A stretch of 64,000 bases of DNA. It comes from Rubripirellula sp. GTDB lineage: Bacteria > Planctomycetota > Planctomycetia > Pirellulales > Pirellulaceae. Below, in pieces: positions 38,922 through 48,154 of the stretch. The stretch covers positions 6,912,001 to 6,976,000 of the forward strand of contig OZ244207.1 in assembly GCA_965216875.1 (NCBI GenBank), in the 5' to 3' direction. The notes beneath the pieces are model-generated. The model did no database searches, was not told the DNA's origin, and worked only from the letters and a program-made list of their open reading frames with translations. How positions within the stretch are numbered: the first letter of the stretch is position 1; each line of letters opens with the position of its first letter. Made by a program: the position numbers and the translations under genes.

Positions 38922-41120
38922 ATGCAACCCGGAAGTAATTCATTGAAAGCAGCAGAGTTGGTTCAGTGCGGCGCCTGCGGGCACGCGAATTCATCGGGCA
39001 CAAACTTCTGCGAAGGATGTGGTCACAATCTCTACGAGCCATGTGGCAATTGCGGTAAGTCCGTTGTTCTCACTCAAAAATTCTGTGGTGCCTGCGGTGC
39101 CGATTTGGAAGAAGCCACTGCCAGGACTCACAAGCAGCACGAACATTGGATGGCCACGGCGGTTGAATCGGCAAAGAACTATGACTTTGATCATGCGGCC
39201 GCCTTGCTCGGGCGGATCGCATCCCTAACCGACTATCGCTACAAAGAAGCAGCCGATGGCGCTGCGACGGCGATCGAGAAAATCGAGGCGATGAAGAAGC
39301 GGTCAATGGATCAAGCCGCTGAAATGTACACGCGTGCGAAAGCCGAAGCGGACAAGGGGAATCACTTGGCAGTCGTTCGCCTGCTAAAGCAGATCCCCGA
39401 AAAACTGATGAGCGAGGATGCCAAGAAGATCCTCAATCGTGTCCAGGCCTATACCAATGAGTTGTCGGAACTGGAATCGGCCGTCCAGCAAGCCATCGCC
39501 GAAAAGAACTGGCAGCTTGTTGGGGGACTCGTTGAGCAGTTGTTAAGTCATTCCCCCGAAGAGCAAGCCTATTTGCAGATCGCAGAGCAAGTCGGCAAAC
39601 GTCTGCGGAAAGAGGCGCAAGCCTACTTTGAAAAAGGTCGCTACGATCGCGCTGTCGAACGGCTTGAATCGGTGCCATCTTGTGCCCAACCGGAATCGTT
39701 CGACCAGACGCGTCAGCGATACGATGACACTCTCTGGCTTTCGCGACAATTTGACGACGAGCCTTATGTGACGCCACTGCTCGGTCGCTTGGCCGTTCGT
39801 TTTTCGAAAGACGTTCCTGAAAACAAAGAGGCGGCCGAGCAGGTCAAGCAATTTGCCGGGCACCTCAAGACATCCAAACGACCGCCACGTAGTCCCTACC
39901 CCGCGTGGAAAGGCTCTGCAGCTGCGTGGATTGGCGGCGATGCAACGCTGTTGGGATTCCCAACGGCGATTGAGATCGGTGACCACAATCTGTTGAAGTC
40001 GTGTGGTGCGCGTTTTCACGTTGCGATTGGGTTGTCACTTCAGGGGCTTGGTCACGCTCGAGTGAGTGAGCATTTCGCGCCCAAGAAAGGGCTGTTCAAG
40101 TCTATCGGTTGGCGAAAAAAGAAGCCGGTTTGGGGCATTGATCTTGGCAGTGCGTCGATCAAGGCCGTTTGTCTTGAAGAGACCGATGACGGCATCACAG
40201 TGATCGATACCTACTACAACGAATTTGAAGCACCAACCTGCCGCACATCGGGCGTAGACGCACAGGATGTGATTCAAGAAGCGGTCACACGTTTTGCCGA
40301 AGAGAAAGAAATCGGTGACACCCCGGTTTGGATCAACGTACCCGCAGCCGATTTGGTGAACCGGTTTGTGCGACTGCCGCCGGTCTCGGACAAGCAGGCC
40401 GACAATCTGTTGACCGCTGAAATCGATCAAAAGATCCCCATTCCGGCAGAAGATCTGTCGGTCGTTCGCTGGCTCGGTGAGCAACCGCCCGACGACGCAC
40501 AAGGTCGCCCTGCATTGGTTTCGGCGGCCAAACGTACCGTTGTCGAGCAACGCTATGAACTGCTTACCGAAGCGGGGTTGAAGATCGCTGGCTTTCAGGG
40601 CGATCCGATTGCGATGGTGAATTTCCTTGCCTTTGAGTTCTCGGACCTGATTTCGCCGCCAGAGGACGAACCAGAACCGAAGAAGAAAAAAAAGAAAAAG
40701 GACAAGCAAGAGGAAGAAGTTCCCGCGTTTGACCCAGATGCGAAATCAACAGCGATCGCAGCGATCGAATCGGGCGCGAAATCGACCACGTTGATTATCG
40801 TTTCGGGCGAAGCGCACTGGTTCTGGAGTCTTGAAACAGGTGGTGAGGACCTCACATCAGCGCTTGCAAGGGCAACCAAGCAAACGCACGCCGAGGCCGA
40901 GAAACAAAAGCGAAATCCAGCAGCGATCGAGAAGCCCTCGAAGCACTATCAGGCTGTGTCACAACGATTAGATGAAACACGTGCCCGCCTGGAAAAGGCC
41001 TATGAAGATGCCCAACGCCAAAACACTCGATTTGACGTAGTTGAAAGTTGGGCGATGGGGGGCGGTTGCTTGGCTCATCAATGGATGCGCCGAACGATGT
41101 TAAAGCAAAGAGTGGACTGA
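38922..41120 (+). CDS. Double-zinc-ribbon / helical repeat / PilM-like (actin-fold) fusion protein
   Basis: Four CxxC motifs at the N-terminus; WGIDLGSASIKAV, RFVRLPPV, IESGAKST, GGEDLTSALA...AEAEKQKR, GGG. Confidence 0.8.
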   Translation: MQPGSNSLKAAELVQCGACGHANSSGTNFCEGCGHNLYEPCGNCGKSVVLTQKFCGACGADLEEATARTHKQHEHWMATAVESAKNYDFDHAAALLGRIASLTDYRYKEAADGAATAIEKIEAMKKRSMDQAAEMYTRAKAEADKGNHLAVVRLLKQIPEKLMSEDAKKILNRVQAYTNELSELESAVQQAIAEKNWQLVGGLVEQLLSHSPEEQAYLQIAEQVGKRLRKEAQAYFEKGRYDRAVERLESVPSCAQPESFDQTRQRYDDTLWLSRQFDDEPYVTPLLGRLAVRFSKDVPENKEAAEQVKQFAGHLKTSKRPPRSPYPAWKGSAAAWIGGDATLLGFPTAIEIGDHNLLKSCGARFHVAIGLSLQGLGHARVSEHFAPKKGLFKSIGWRKKKPVWGIDLGSASIKAVCLEETDDGITVIDTYYNEFEAPTCRTSGVDAQDVIQEAVTRFAEEKEIGDTPVWINVPAADLVNRFVRLPPVSDKQADNLLTAEIDQKIPIPAEDLSVVRWLGEQPPDDAQGRPALVSAAKRTVVEQRYELLTEAGLKIAGFQGDPIAMVNFLAFEFSDLISPPEDEPEPKKKKKKKDKQEEEVPAFDPDAKSTAIAAIESGAKSTTLIIVSGEAHWFWSLETGGEDLTSALARATKQTHAEAEKQKRNPAAIEKPSKHYQAVSQRLDETRARLEKAYEDAQRQNTRFDVVESWAMGGGCLAHQWMRRTMLKQRVD

Positions 41121-41129
41121 GGTAGCGAA

Positions 41130-43262
41130 ATGACAATGTCGATGCGGACACTTCTGTCCAAAACACAAATCAGATTCTCTGGCAAGCAAGCAAGCGTTTT
41201 GGCCTTGCTCGTGTTTGTGCTTCCTGGCGTTATCTCAACGGTTGGTTGCGGGCCAAGTCAGGAAGACATGCTGATGCGCGCTGCCCAACGCAAACGGGCC
41301 AACAACGACGCGGACGAAGCAGAAGAAAAGAAGGACAAGTCAAAACCCAAAGCCCCCAAACCTTCCAGGGCGGTTGCGGCGGACGAAAAGAAGGCCGAGG
41401 AAACCAAGCAACCTGAGACCAGCAAAGTTGCCAAGGATCAAAAACCACTTGAGGCAATTAGGCCCATCGAAGAGCGAAAAGACACACTTTCCGGTGAAGC
41501 CAAGCGTCAACGCTCGGCGCAAAATATCGAGAAGATAGCCGGCGCGATCATGGCCTACTATAAAGATCGAGGAAACTATCCCAGAGCCTACTACCAGACC
41601 GCAAATAAATTCAAAACGCTCTCTTGGCGAGTCGAATTGTTGCCCTACCTAGGCTACGAAGAACTCTATAAGAAGTTCGACACAGACGTTCCGTGGAATC
41701 GAGAGCCCAACAAGAGTCTGCTGAAATACATTCCCGATGAATATGTTTCACCTGAGCGTTTTGACACCAACACGAACTACCAATTGCCCGCGCATCGCAA
41801 GTACATGTTTGGTGATAACCGAGGGCGTTCGCAGAAACAACTTGAAGATGGTCATGAAAACACCATCATGCTGGTCGAGGTCGATGATGCCATCGCCGTG
41901 CCGTGGACCAGTCCTCAAGACTATTCTCCAAAGCGGTTCAGCAAATTTGACGGTGAACTCGGAGGCTTGCGGAAAGACGGAGCGTTCGCGGTTTGGGCCA
42001 ACGGTTGGACGGTTCTTCTCGCCAATGAGCTGTCTGCGAAGCAGATCAACGATGCTCTTACCTTTGAAGCGGGAGATGGTCAAAGAGCGGGCATGATCCA
42101 TCGCGACATCCCAGTTGGGAAGATAAGCGATGCTTCGGTCGCGTCAGTGAAAAAACCAAGTGCGCCCAAGCCGGTCAAAAACGATTCGTCCAAACCGCAA
42201 AGCAGTCTGCCCATCGCATCATCGGTAATGCGAGCACGAGAGCCGGTACCGAAGAACGCGGATGTCAAAGCCGCGCGAGCAAAACTGACAAAGCTGTTTG
42301 CTGACAAGATTTCAAATGCCAAGACCGACAGCGCCAAGTCAAAACTCGCGACCGACATGTTGGGCGTCGCAGCTGGCATGGAAACCGACAAGCCCGGAGT
42401 GTATTCACTGCAAGGTGCTGCGATGACGCTTGCCGTTCAATGCGGCGACGCGGACACTCTGATTGATGCAATTGATAATCGTGTCGGGATCTTTGAGGTC
42501 GATGCCTATGAAGAGAACATCACATGGTTGTCAAAGTTCGCCCGCGAAACGATCAGTCGCAAGCCTGACACCATCGAGAATTCCAAGCTTCTGCAGCGTT
42601 CAACACGAGTGATTTATGCTGGGATCGCCGACAACGATTATATGCGGGCATCAGCCATCGCTCGGATGTGTTACCGATTAGTCGATGAAGAACGAACTGA
42701 ACGTGTGCCACGTCTCGTCAATCGCCTTCGATCTTTGCTCGGGAATGCGAACCTCGAATACAAAAACTCGCTGCAGCACCTCCAAGCATTCCGAGACGAT
42801 CCTGAAGATGCCGAGGCCGCCGCTGCTTTTGGGCGTTTCCTCTGTTTCATCAAGGGTGATTGGGGTAATGGGTTGCCGCTATTGGTAAAAGGCGGCCCCG
42901 AGCAACTGCGTGAATTAGCTCAAGCCGATCTGAAAGGAGCCGGCGATACAATTAATCGCATTGCCCTTGGCGATGATTGGTGGAGTCTGAGTGAGATGGC
43001 CCGCACCGGTGTCTATCGCCAGGCAGCCCGAGACCGGGCGGTGTACTGGTATCAAATGGCCTACGATTCGCTTCCCGATTCTCTCGATCGTATGCATGTC
43101 AAAAGTCGCCTTGACGAGGCGTCGGACATCGACGGCACGAGTCCAATTGCGTTGACGTTGCAATTGGCCGACGAACTCGACGTCGATTTGACAGTTGGTC
43201 TCGCGGCTGTTGCGGAAGTTGGCCAAACACGCAAACGCAAGCGAGACGATGACGATGATTGA
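41130..43262 (+). CDS. Putative lipoprotein with DUF1559-like domain and C-terminal helical domain
   Basis: Lipobox-like STVG-C; LSWRVELLPYLG...LYKKF...PWN, DGHENTIMLVE, VPWTSPQD; no prepilin motif. Confidence 0.75.
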   Translation: MTMSMRTLLSKTQIRFSGKQASVLALLVFVLPGVISTVGCGPSQEDMLMRAAQRKRANNDADEAEEKKDKSKPKAPKPSRAVAADEKKAEETKQPETSKVAKDQKPLEAIRPIEERKDTLSGEAKRQRSAQNIEKIAGAIMAYYKDRGNYPRAYYQTANKFKTLSWRVELLPYLGYEELYKKFDTDVPWNREPNKSLLKYIPDEYVSPERFDTNTNYQLPAHRKYMFGDNRGRSQKQLEDGHENTIMLVEVDDAIAVPWTSPQDYSPKRFSKFDGELGGLRKDGAFAVWANGWTVLLANELSAKQINDALTFEAGDGQRAGMIHRDIPVGKISDASVASVKKPSAPKPVKNDSSKPQSSLPIASSVMRAREPVPKNADVKAARAKLTKLFADKISNAKTDSAKSKLATDMLGVAAGMETDKPGVYSLQGAAMTLAVQCGDADTLIDAIDNRVGIFEVDAYEENITWLSKFARETISRKPDTIENSKLLQRSTRVIYAGIADNDYMRASAIARMCYRLVDEERTERVPRLVNRLRSLLGNANLEYKNSLQHLQAFRDDPEDAEAAAAFGRFLCFIKGDWGNGLPLLVKGGPEQLRELAQADLKGAGDTINRIALGDDWWSLSEMARTGVYRQAARDRAVYWYQMAYDSLPDSLDRMHVKSRLDEASDIDGTSPIALTLQLADELDVDLTVGLAAVAEVGQTRKRKRDDDDD

Positions 43263-43986
43263 TCAGTCGTCTTGTTCTGCGAGTTTGGGTGTTCCGTCGG
43301 AATCCGATCCGCGATCGATTTGGATTGTGGTGCCTGCCTACAACGAGGGGCACCGCCTCGACGTGACATTGTCTGGTTTGATCGCTGCCGGCTACACGAA
43401 CATTGTGGTCGTGGACGACGGATCTCGGGACGACACGCTTGATTTTGCGTCACGCCATCAGGTTTGGGTTTTGAAGCATCCGTTCAATTGCGGCCAGGGT
43501 GCTGCGTTGCGAACGGGCATCGAGTTTGCCCTTTCCCGTGGCGGCGAATATGTCGTGACATTTGATGCAGATGGCCAACACAGGACCGCCGATATTGCTC
43601 GGTTGCTTGAACCCCTCTGCGCGGGCGACGCAGATGTTGTTTTAGGTTCGCGGTTTCTGGGTGAAACAAACGGTATGCCAGTGAGCCGGCGTGTATTGCT
43701 TTGCATGGCTGTTTGGTTTACCCGATTGACTTCTGGGGTCCGGGTAACCGATGCACACAACGGCCTTCGTGCGTTCAGCCGTCATGCATTGACAAAGGTG
43801 CGGATCGAGCAGCCGCGGATGGCGCATGCATCTGAGATCTTGAACAAGCTTGCGAGTAACAATTTGCGTTACCGGGAAGTTGGAGTGACGATTCACTACA
43901 CCGACGAGACGCTTGCCAAGGGCCAATCGAGTTGGGATGCCGTTCGGATCGGCGGACAATTGATCCTCGGAAGGTTCGCAAAATGA
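43249..43986 (+). CDS. GT2 glycosyltransferase (polyprenol-phosphate sugar synthase-like)
   Basis: VVPAYNE, VDDGS, GQGAALRTG, FDADGQH, GSRF, TDAHNGLRAF; overlaps the upstream gene. Confidence 0.92.
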   Translation: MTMIDQSSCSASLGVPSESDPRSIWIVVPAYNEGHRLDVTLSGLIAAGYTNIVVVDDGSRDDTLDFASRHQVWVLKHPFNCGQGAALRTGIEFALSRGGEYVVTFDADGQHRTADIARLLEPLCAGDADVVLGSRFLGETNGMPVSRRVLLCMAVWFTRLTSGVRVTDAHNGLRAFSRHALTKVRIEQPRMAHASEILNKLASNNLRYREVGVTIHYTDETLAKGQSSWDAVRIGGQLILGRFAK

Positions 43987-44345
43987 ATCTCTTTCAAGTC
44001 GTCTTCATTCCGGTTGTGGTTGCAGTCATCTTGCTTGACATCCGGGGTCTGTTAGTAGGCCGGGGACATCGCGTGACTCGATTGAGCCGCGTTTCCTTAG
44101 CAATCATCGCCATCATCCTGATTGCAGTGCCGGATCTGACCAATTGGGCAGCTTCGTTGCTTGGAATTGGACGCGGCGCGGACCTCGTGACCTACCTGTT
44201 CATGCTGGCCGCACCGATTGCTTGGTTTCAGATTCAAACGCAACAATTCAATATTCAGCGCAAGTTGGTTCGATTGGCGCGGGTGGAAGCGCTGGCTACG
44301 GCAACCTATCAAACGCCCCCCGACGCCAGTGACGAGCAATCATGA
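43983..44345 (+). CDS. DUF2304 family small membrane protein
   Basis: ASLLGIGRGADLVTY...KLVRLARVEAL; ATGA overlap with GT2. Confidence 0.85.
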   Translation: MNLFQVVFIPVVVAVILLDIRGLLVGRGHRVTRLSRVSLAIIAIILIAVPDLTNWAASLLGIGRGADLVTYLFMLAAPIAWFQIQTQQFNIQRKLVRLARVEALATATYQTPPDASDEQS

Positions 44346-45412
44346 CGCAGGGTGTCGTGACGTCAGGATTCACGACGCCGGCGGTGAAACCAACCGGCCG
44401 ATCGAATGAGGGTGGGTCCGAACTTGGTTCCGTCTCACTCGTCATTCCCGCTCGGAATGCGGCAAAGACCATCGGCAAGTGTCTCGATTCGGTTTTGCCG
44501 TTGGTCGAAAGTCACGAGCTTGGTGAGGTCATCTTGGTCGATGACGGATCGACCGATGAAACGGCCGAGATCGCAGGAGCCTATCCGGTCCGCGTATTAA
44601 CAGGCCAGGGACTCGGTCCGGGGGCGGCTCGCAATCAGGGTTGGAACGAGGCGGTGGGAAGCTTCATTTGGTTCGTTGATTCCGATTGCGTTTGTCATCC
44701 TGATGCGCTCACGAAACTGCTTCCTCATTTTGATTCTCCGCGGATCGCCGGCGTTGGTGGCAGCTACGCAAATCTGTTTCCCGACTCGCTTGTCGCCTCT
44801 CTGATTCACGAAGAGATTGTTGCTCGCCATCGGCGAATGGAACGTGATGTCAACTTCTTGGCGACGTTCAATGTGGTGTATCGGCGCCGAGTATTGGAAG
44901 AAACCGGAGGGTTCGACGAGTCACTCAAGCTGGCACAGGACGCCGAGTTGGCGTACCGCGTTCGAAGTCACGGATATGGTTTGCGGTTCGACGAATCGTC
45001 TCGCGTTGGGCATCATCATCCAACGAAGATGCACGGTTACCTGCGCACCCAAGCACGGCAAGGTTTTTATCGGATTGCACTCTACCGAAGGCATCCATCA
45101 AAAGTCTCCGGGGACTCGTATGCGGGCCTCACCGATTACTTGCAACCGCCGACGGCGATGTTGATGCTTGCAACCTTGCCCTTCATTTGTTTTCCCGGCA
45201 AGAGCTTCTTGCCACTCGCGTTTGTAGTTGCGCTTGTGGCCATGCAGTTTCCGATGACCACTCGACTCGTGCGCCATGCGGGGGCGTCAATGGTCGCCTA
45301 TGTTCCGTTCGGCTTTGTCCGCGCGGTAGCCCGAGGAATCGGAATGACACTCGGCGTTCTCAGCGTGTGTAAAGGTTCCGTGAAGCAGCGTTCATTGACC
45401 ATTGACGGTTAG
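44342..45412 (+). CDS. GT2 glycosyltransferase with C-terminal TMs
   Basis: VIPARN, VDDGSTD, AARNQG, FVDSD, GGFDE. Confidence 0.92.
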   Translation: MTQGVVTSGFTTPAVKPTGRSNEGGSELGSVSLVIPARNAAKTIGKCLDSVLPLVESHELGEVILVDDGSTDETAEIAGAYPVRVLTGQGLGPGAARNQGWNEAVGSFIWFVDSDCVCHPDALTKLLPHFDSPRIAGVGGSYANLFPDSLVASLIHEEIVARHRRMERDVNFLATFNVVYRRRVLEETGGFDESLKLAQDAELAYRVRSHGYGLRFDESSRVGHHHPTKMHGYLRTQARQGFYRIALYRRHPSKVSGDSYAGLTDYLQPPTAMLMLATLPFICFPGKSFLPLAFVVALVAMQFPMTTRLVRHAGASMVAYVPFGFVRAVARGIGMTLGVLSVCKGSVKQRSLTIDG

Positions 45413-45488
45413 CGTGCCAATGTCATTCTGGCCGACAACAGACCCGTAGCGAGCCCAGCTCGCGCCCACAAGGTATTGCATTTCTATC

Positions 45489-47216
45489 GTGAAGATCCAC
45501 TGGTTGTCTCTATGGCGGTTGCTCGCGCTGCTTCGCCCGTATTGGCGACTCGCGTTGCTCAACGTCTTTCTCGTAACCGTTGGAGCAGTCACTGAAGGTG
45601 TTGGTTTCGTCGGAATTGTTGCGTTACTGGATTTGGATGGCGTCGTACAGGTTGCAGGATTGGCGAACGTTTTTGATCAATCGTTAGTGAGTTCGCTGGC
45701 CCCTGGGCAACGAGCCCAGGTTGCGGCGTTCGTATTGATCGCCATTGGAGTGTTGCGGGCAGGCACCTTTTTCGGCGCCGGTTGGCTGACCTTCCTGATT
45801 CCCGCCAAGGTCGAGCGCGACATGAGATTGGGACTCGCCAACAGGTTGCTCCATGCGGACTATGACGCGGTGGGGGGAGTGACCATGGGTGAGGTCCAAG
45901 ATGGTCTTGGGACACATGTCACTTCGGCCGGGTTGGCGGTTCAGACGCTACTTCAGTTGGTTGCTCAGGCGTTGATTTTCTTGGTCTATGCGGCAGCCCT
46001 TGCCTTTGTTTCACCAACCTATTCGTTAATCAGTCTTGCGTTCTTGATCGTCACGGGCGTGTGCATTCGTGGCTTGATATTGCCACGAATTCGGACGGCG
46101 ATCGAGTCAGAAAACGAGTCTCGAAAACTTGCCTTGTCGCGTGCCGCAGAGCTATTGCGAGGGCATGATGTCGTGAGGAGCTTTGGTCGAGAGAGTTGGT
46201 TTGTCGATCGTTTCTCCGGAGAAGTTCACCAGCTAGCGGATATGCGAGGTCGCGGGGGCATGTTGCGTAGCGCCATGCTCCCAGTAGCACAAATGGCCGC
46301 CATCTTTTTGGCTGCAACGATTCTCTTGGTTGGCAGTCTCACCCACGAGGTAGCCGACTCCACGTGGGTTGGCGCCGCCGGTTTGTTTGTGTTGCTCCTA
46401 TTGCGACTCATGTTGCCAGCTTCCACAGCGATCAATCTGTTGGGCAATTTGACGATCCGAACGCCAAGCGTCTTTGTGCTCGACCGCCTCTCAAAGCGAC
46501 TCGAGGGAGATGGTTCGCGTTCCCAAAGCGACGATGCACCCGAACAGCATCTCGATTCGTTAAAGAGCATCGAACTCTGCAACGTTTCGGCTGGCTATGG
46601 CGAGGAGCAAGTGCTGCGAAACGTCTCATTGACCATCCAACGCGGCCAGTACGTTGCAATCACTGGAGCATCAGGGTCTGGCAAGTCAACTCTTGCGCGA
46701 TTGATTAGCGGAATGTTGCTCCCCACCGAAGGTGAGGTGAGAGTTGCTGGGCGGCCGATCAATATTGCAAGTTCAAATTGGCGGCAGCAGTTTTCCGTGG
46801 TTGGTCAACATCCGTTCCTGTTTCCTGGAACGATCGCGGATAACCTGCGTTTCGCATCGCCCGATGCAGGAAGCGAGCAGCTGAAACGCGTGCTGAAGCG
46901 CGCCGAGGCAACGTTTGTTGAGTCGCTTCCCGATGGTTTGGAAACCGAAATCGGTGATGTTCGCAGTGGGATTTCGGGCGGCCAACTGCAACGGCTTGCC
47001 ATCGCACGCGCGTTGTTGGCCGAGCGTCAAGTGATCGTGCTTGACGAACCAACGAGTGCGTTGGACACAGGCACTGAAGAGTCGCTCGCCAAGACCATCG
47101 AGCAATTGACGCCTGATTACACCGTCATCGTCATTGCACACCGAATGCAGACGATTCAAAACGCGGACGTGAAGATTCACATGAACGCGGGCGAGGTGGA
47201 GTGCATTGATGGTTGA
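45489..47216 (+). CDS. ABC exporter, fused TMD-NBD (MsbA/PglK-like)
   Basis: TM domain; Walker A GASGSGKST, signature ISGGQLQR, Walker B IVLDEPT, AHR. Confidence 0.92.
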   Translation: MKIHWLSLWRLLALLRPYWRLALLNVFLVTVGAVTEGVGFVGIVALLDLDGVVQVAGLANVFDQSLVSSLAPGQRAQVAAFVLIAIGVLRAGTFFGAGWLTFLIPAKVERDMRLGLANRLLHADYDAVGGVTMGEVQDGLGTHVTSAGLAVQTLLQLVAQALIFLVYAAALAFVSPTYSLISLAFLIVTGVCIRGLILPRIRTAIESENESRKLALSRAAELLRGHDVVRSFGRESWFVDRFSGEVHQLADMRGRGGMLRSAMLPVAQMAAIFLAATILLVGSLTHEVADSTWVGAAGLFVLLLLRLMLPASTAINLLGNLTIRTPSVFVLDRLSKRLEGDGSRSQSDDAPEQHLDSLKSIELCNVSAGYGEEQVLRNVSLTIQRGQYVAITGASGSGKSTLARLISGMLLPTEGEVRVAGRPINIASSNWRQQFSVVGQHPFLFPGTIADNLRFASPDAGSEQLKRVLKRAEATFVESLPDGLETEIGDVRSGISGGQLQRLAIARALLAERQVIVLDEPTSALDTGTEESLAKTIEQLTPDYTVIVIAHRMQTIQNADVKIHMNAGEVECIDG

Positions 47217-48087
47217 CACATCCGCCCGCGGCTCGGCGTTTTCTCGTGAGATTGCTCGCTCCTTTCGTCATAAGATGAGAATGTGCAGCGTCCGCGAGCA
47301 ACGTGCCAACCGAATCGCGAAGGCACAGTCTGCTGAATTGCTCGACAGAGTTCGCCAGCGATTCGCGTTTGAAGATGTGCTTGTGCTCGGCGCGGGGCCT
47401 TCCGCATCACTTGTCAAGCGAGTCCCGTCTGACTGTCTTGTGATTGCAGTGAATCGAAGCCCTCTATTGCTACAGGCTTTGGGTGAACAACGTTGTCCCG
47501 TCCTGTGGTTGTTATGCACGCGGATGATTGTCGAGCATCGTGGGCAAGCCGAAGCAATCGCCGACGTGTTGTCGAATCCAACCTTGGCCGCTGTTGAAAC
47601 GAGCACCCAGAAGAACTGGGCGTGGGGAGTGCACACGGCAAACGGTGTTCAAAATGCGAAGGAGTCTGCTTCGGTCACTTGTCTCAAGTCGGCCGAATGG
47701 TTCACTAACGATGACTGGCAATGGCTTGGCCGCATGGCCGTTCAGCCAAGACTAGCACGAGGTATTCGCCCCAGCAAAGGCATTTGGGCAATCAAGATTG
47801 CGTGTGAGCTGCAACCTCGGCAAGTGTTTCTCGCCGGTATTGACCTGGGACAACCGCTCGAGGGTGAGCGGATGCAAGCTGCGAGCCCACGCTATGCGTC
47901 CGAGTTGCTTTCCGGATCTGTCTTGACGACGCCCGTTCCACGGTCGACTCAGCAACAAGACCACCCTGATGACGCCTTCGTTTTGTCGATCCTTGCGACG
48001 CATTGGGGCGTTCCGATCCGGTCCATCTGCGATCGTTCGCCAGCATCGCGCTATGTCCCCGTCGATCGTTGCCGAACGCTGCTTTGA
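47206..48087 (+). CDS. Hypothetical protein resembling Maf/Cst-type nonulosonate transferase fold
   Basis: VLVLGAGPS...VIAVN...SKGIWAIKIA...VFLAGIDL; lies in a NeuA/NeuB operon. Confidence 0.5.
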   Translation: MMVDTSARGSAFSREIARSFRHKMRMCSVREQRANRIAKAQSAELLDRVRQRFAFEDVLVLGAGPSASLVKRVPSDCLVIAVNRSPLLLQALGEQRCPVLWLLCTRMIVEHRGQAEAIADVLSNPTLAAVETSTQKNWAWGVHTANGVQNAKESASVTCLKSAEWFTNDDWQWLGRMAVQPRLARGIRPSKGIWAIKIACELQPRQVFLAGIDLGQPLEGERMQAASPRYASELLSGSVLTTPVPRSTQQQDHPDDAFVLSILATHWGVPIRSICDRSPASRYVPVDRCRTLL

Positions 48088-48154
48088 CGGTGACGGATGT
48101 TGTGAAAACGAAACTTGGAAAATAGCCCAGCATTTTGAATTGACGAATCAGGCG

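Noticed and set aside
40679..40700. A-rich tract as a phase-variation site in the PilM-like gene
   Set aside because: Encodes an in-frame poly-Lys stretch interrupted by G; longest A run is 8 and the ORF is intact
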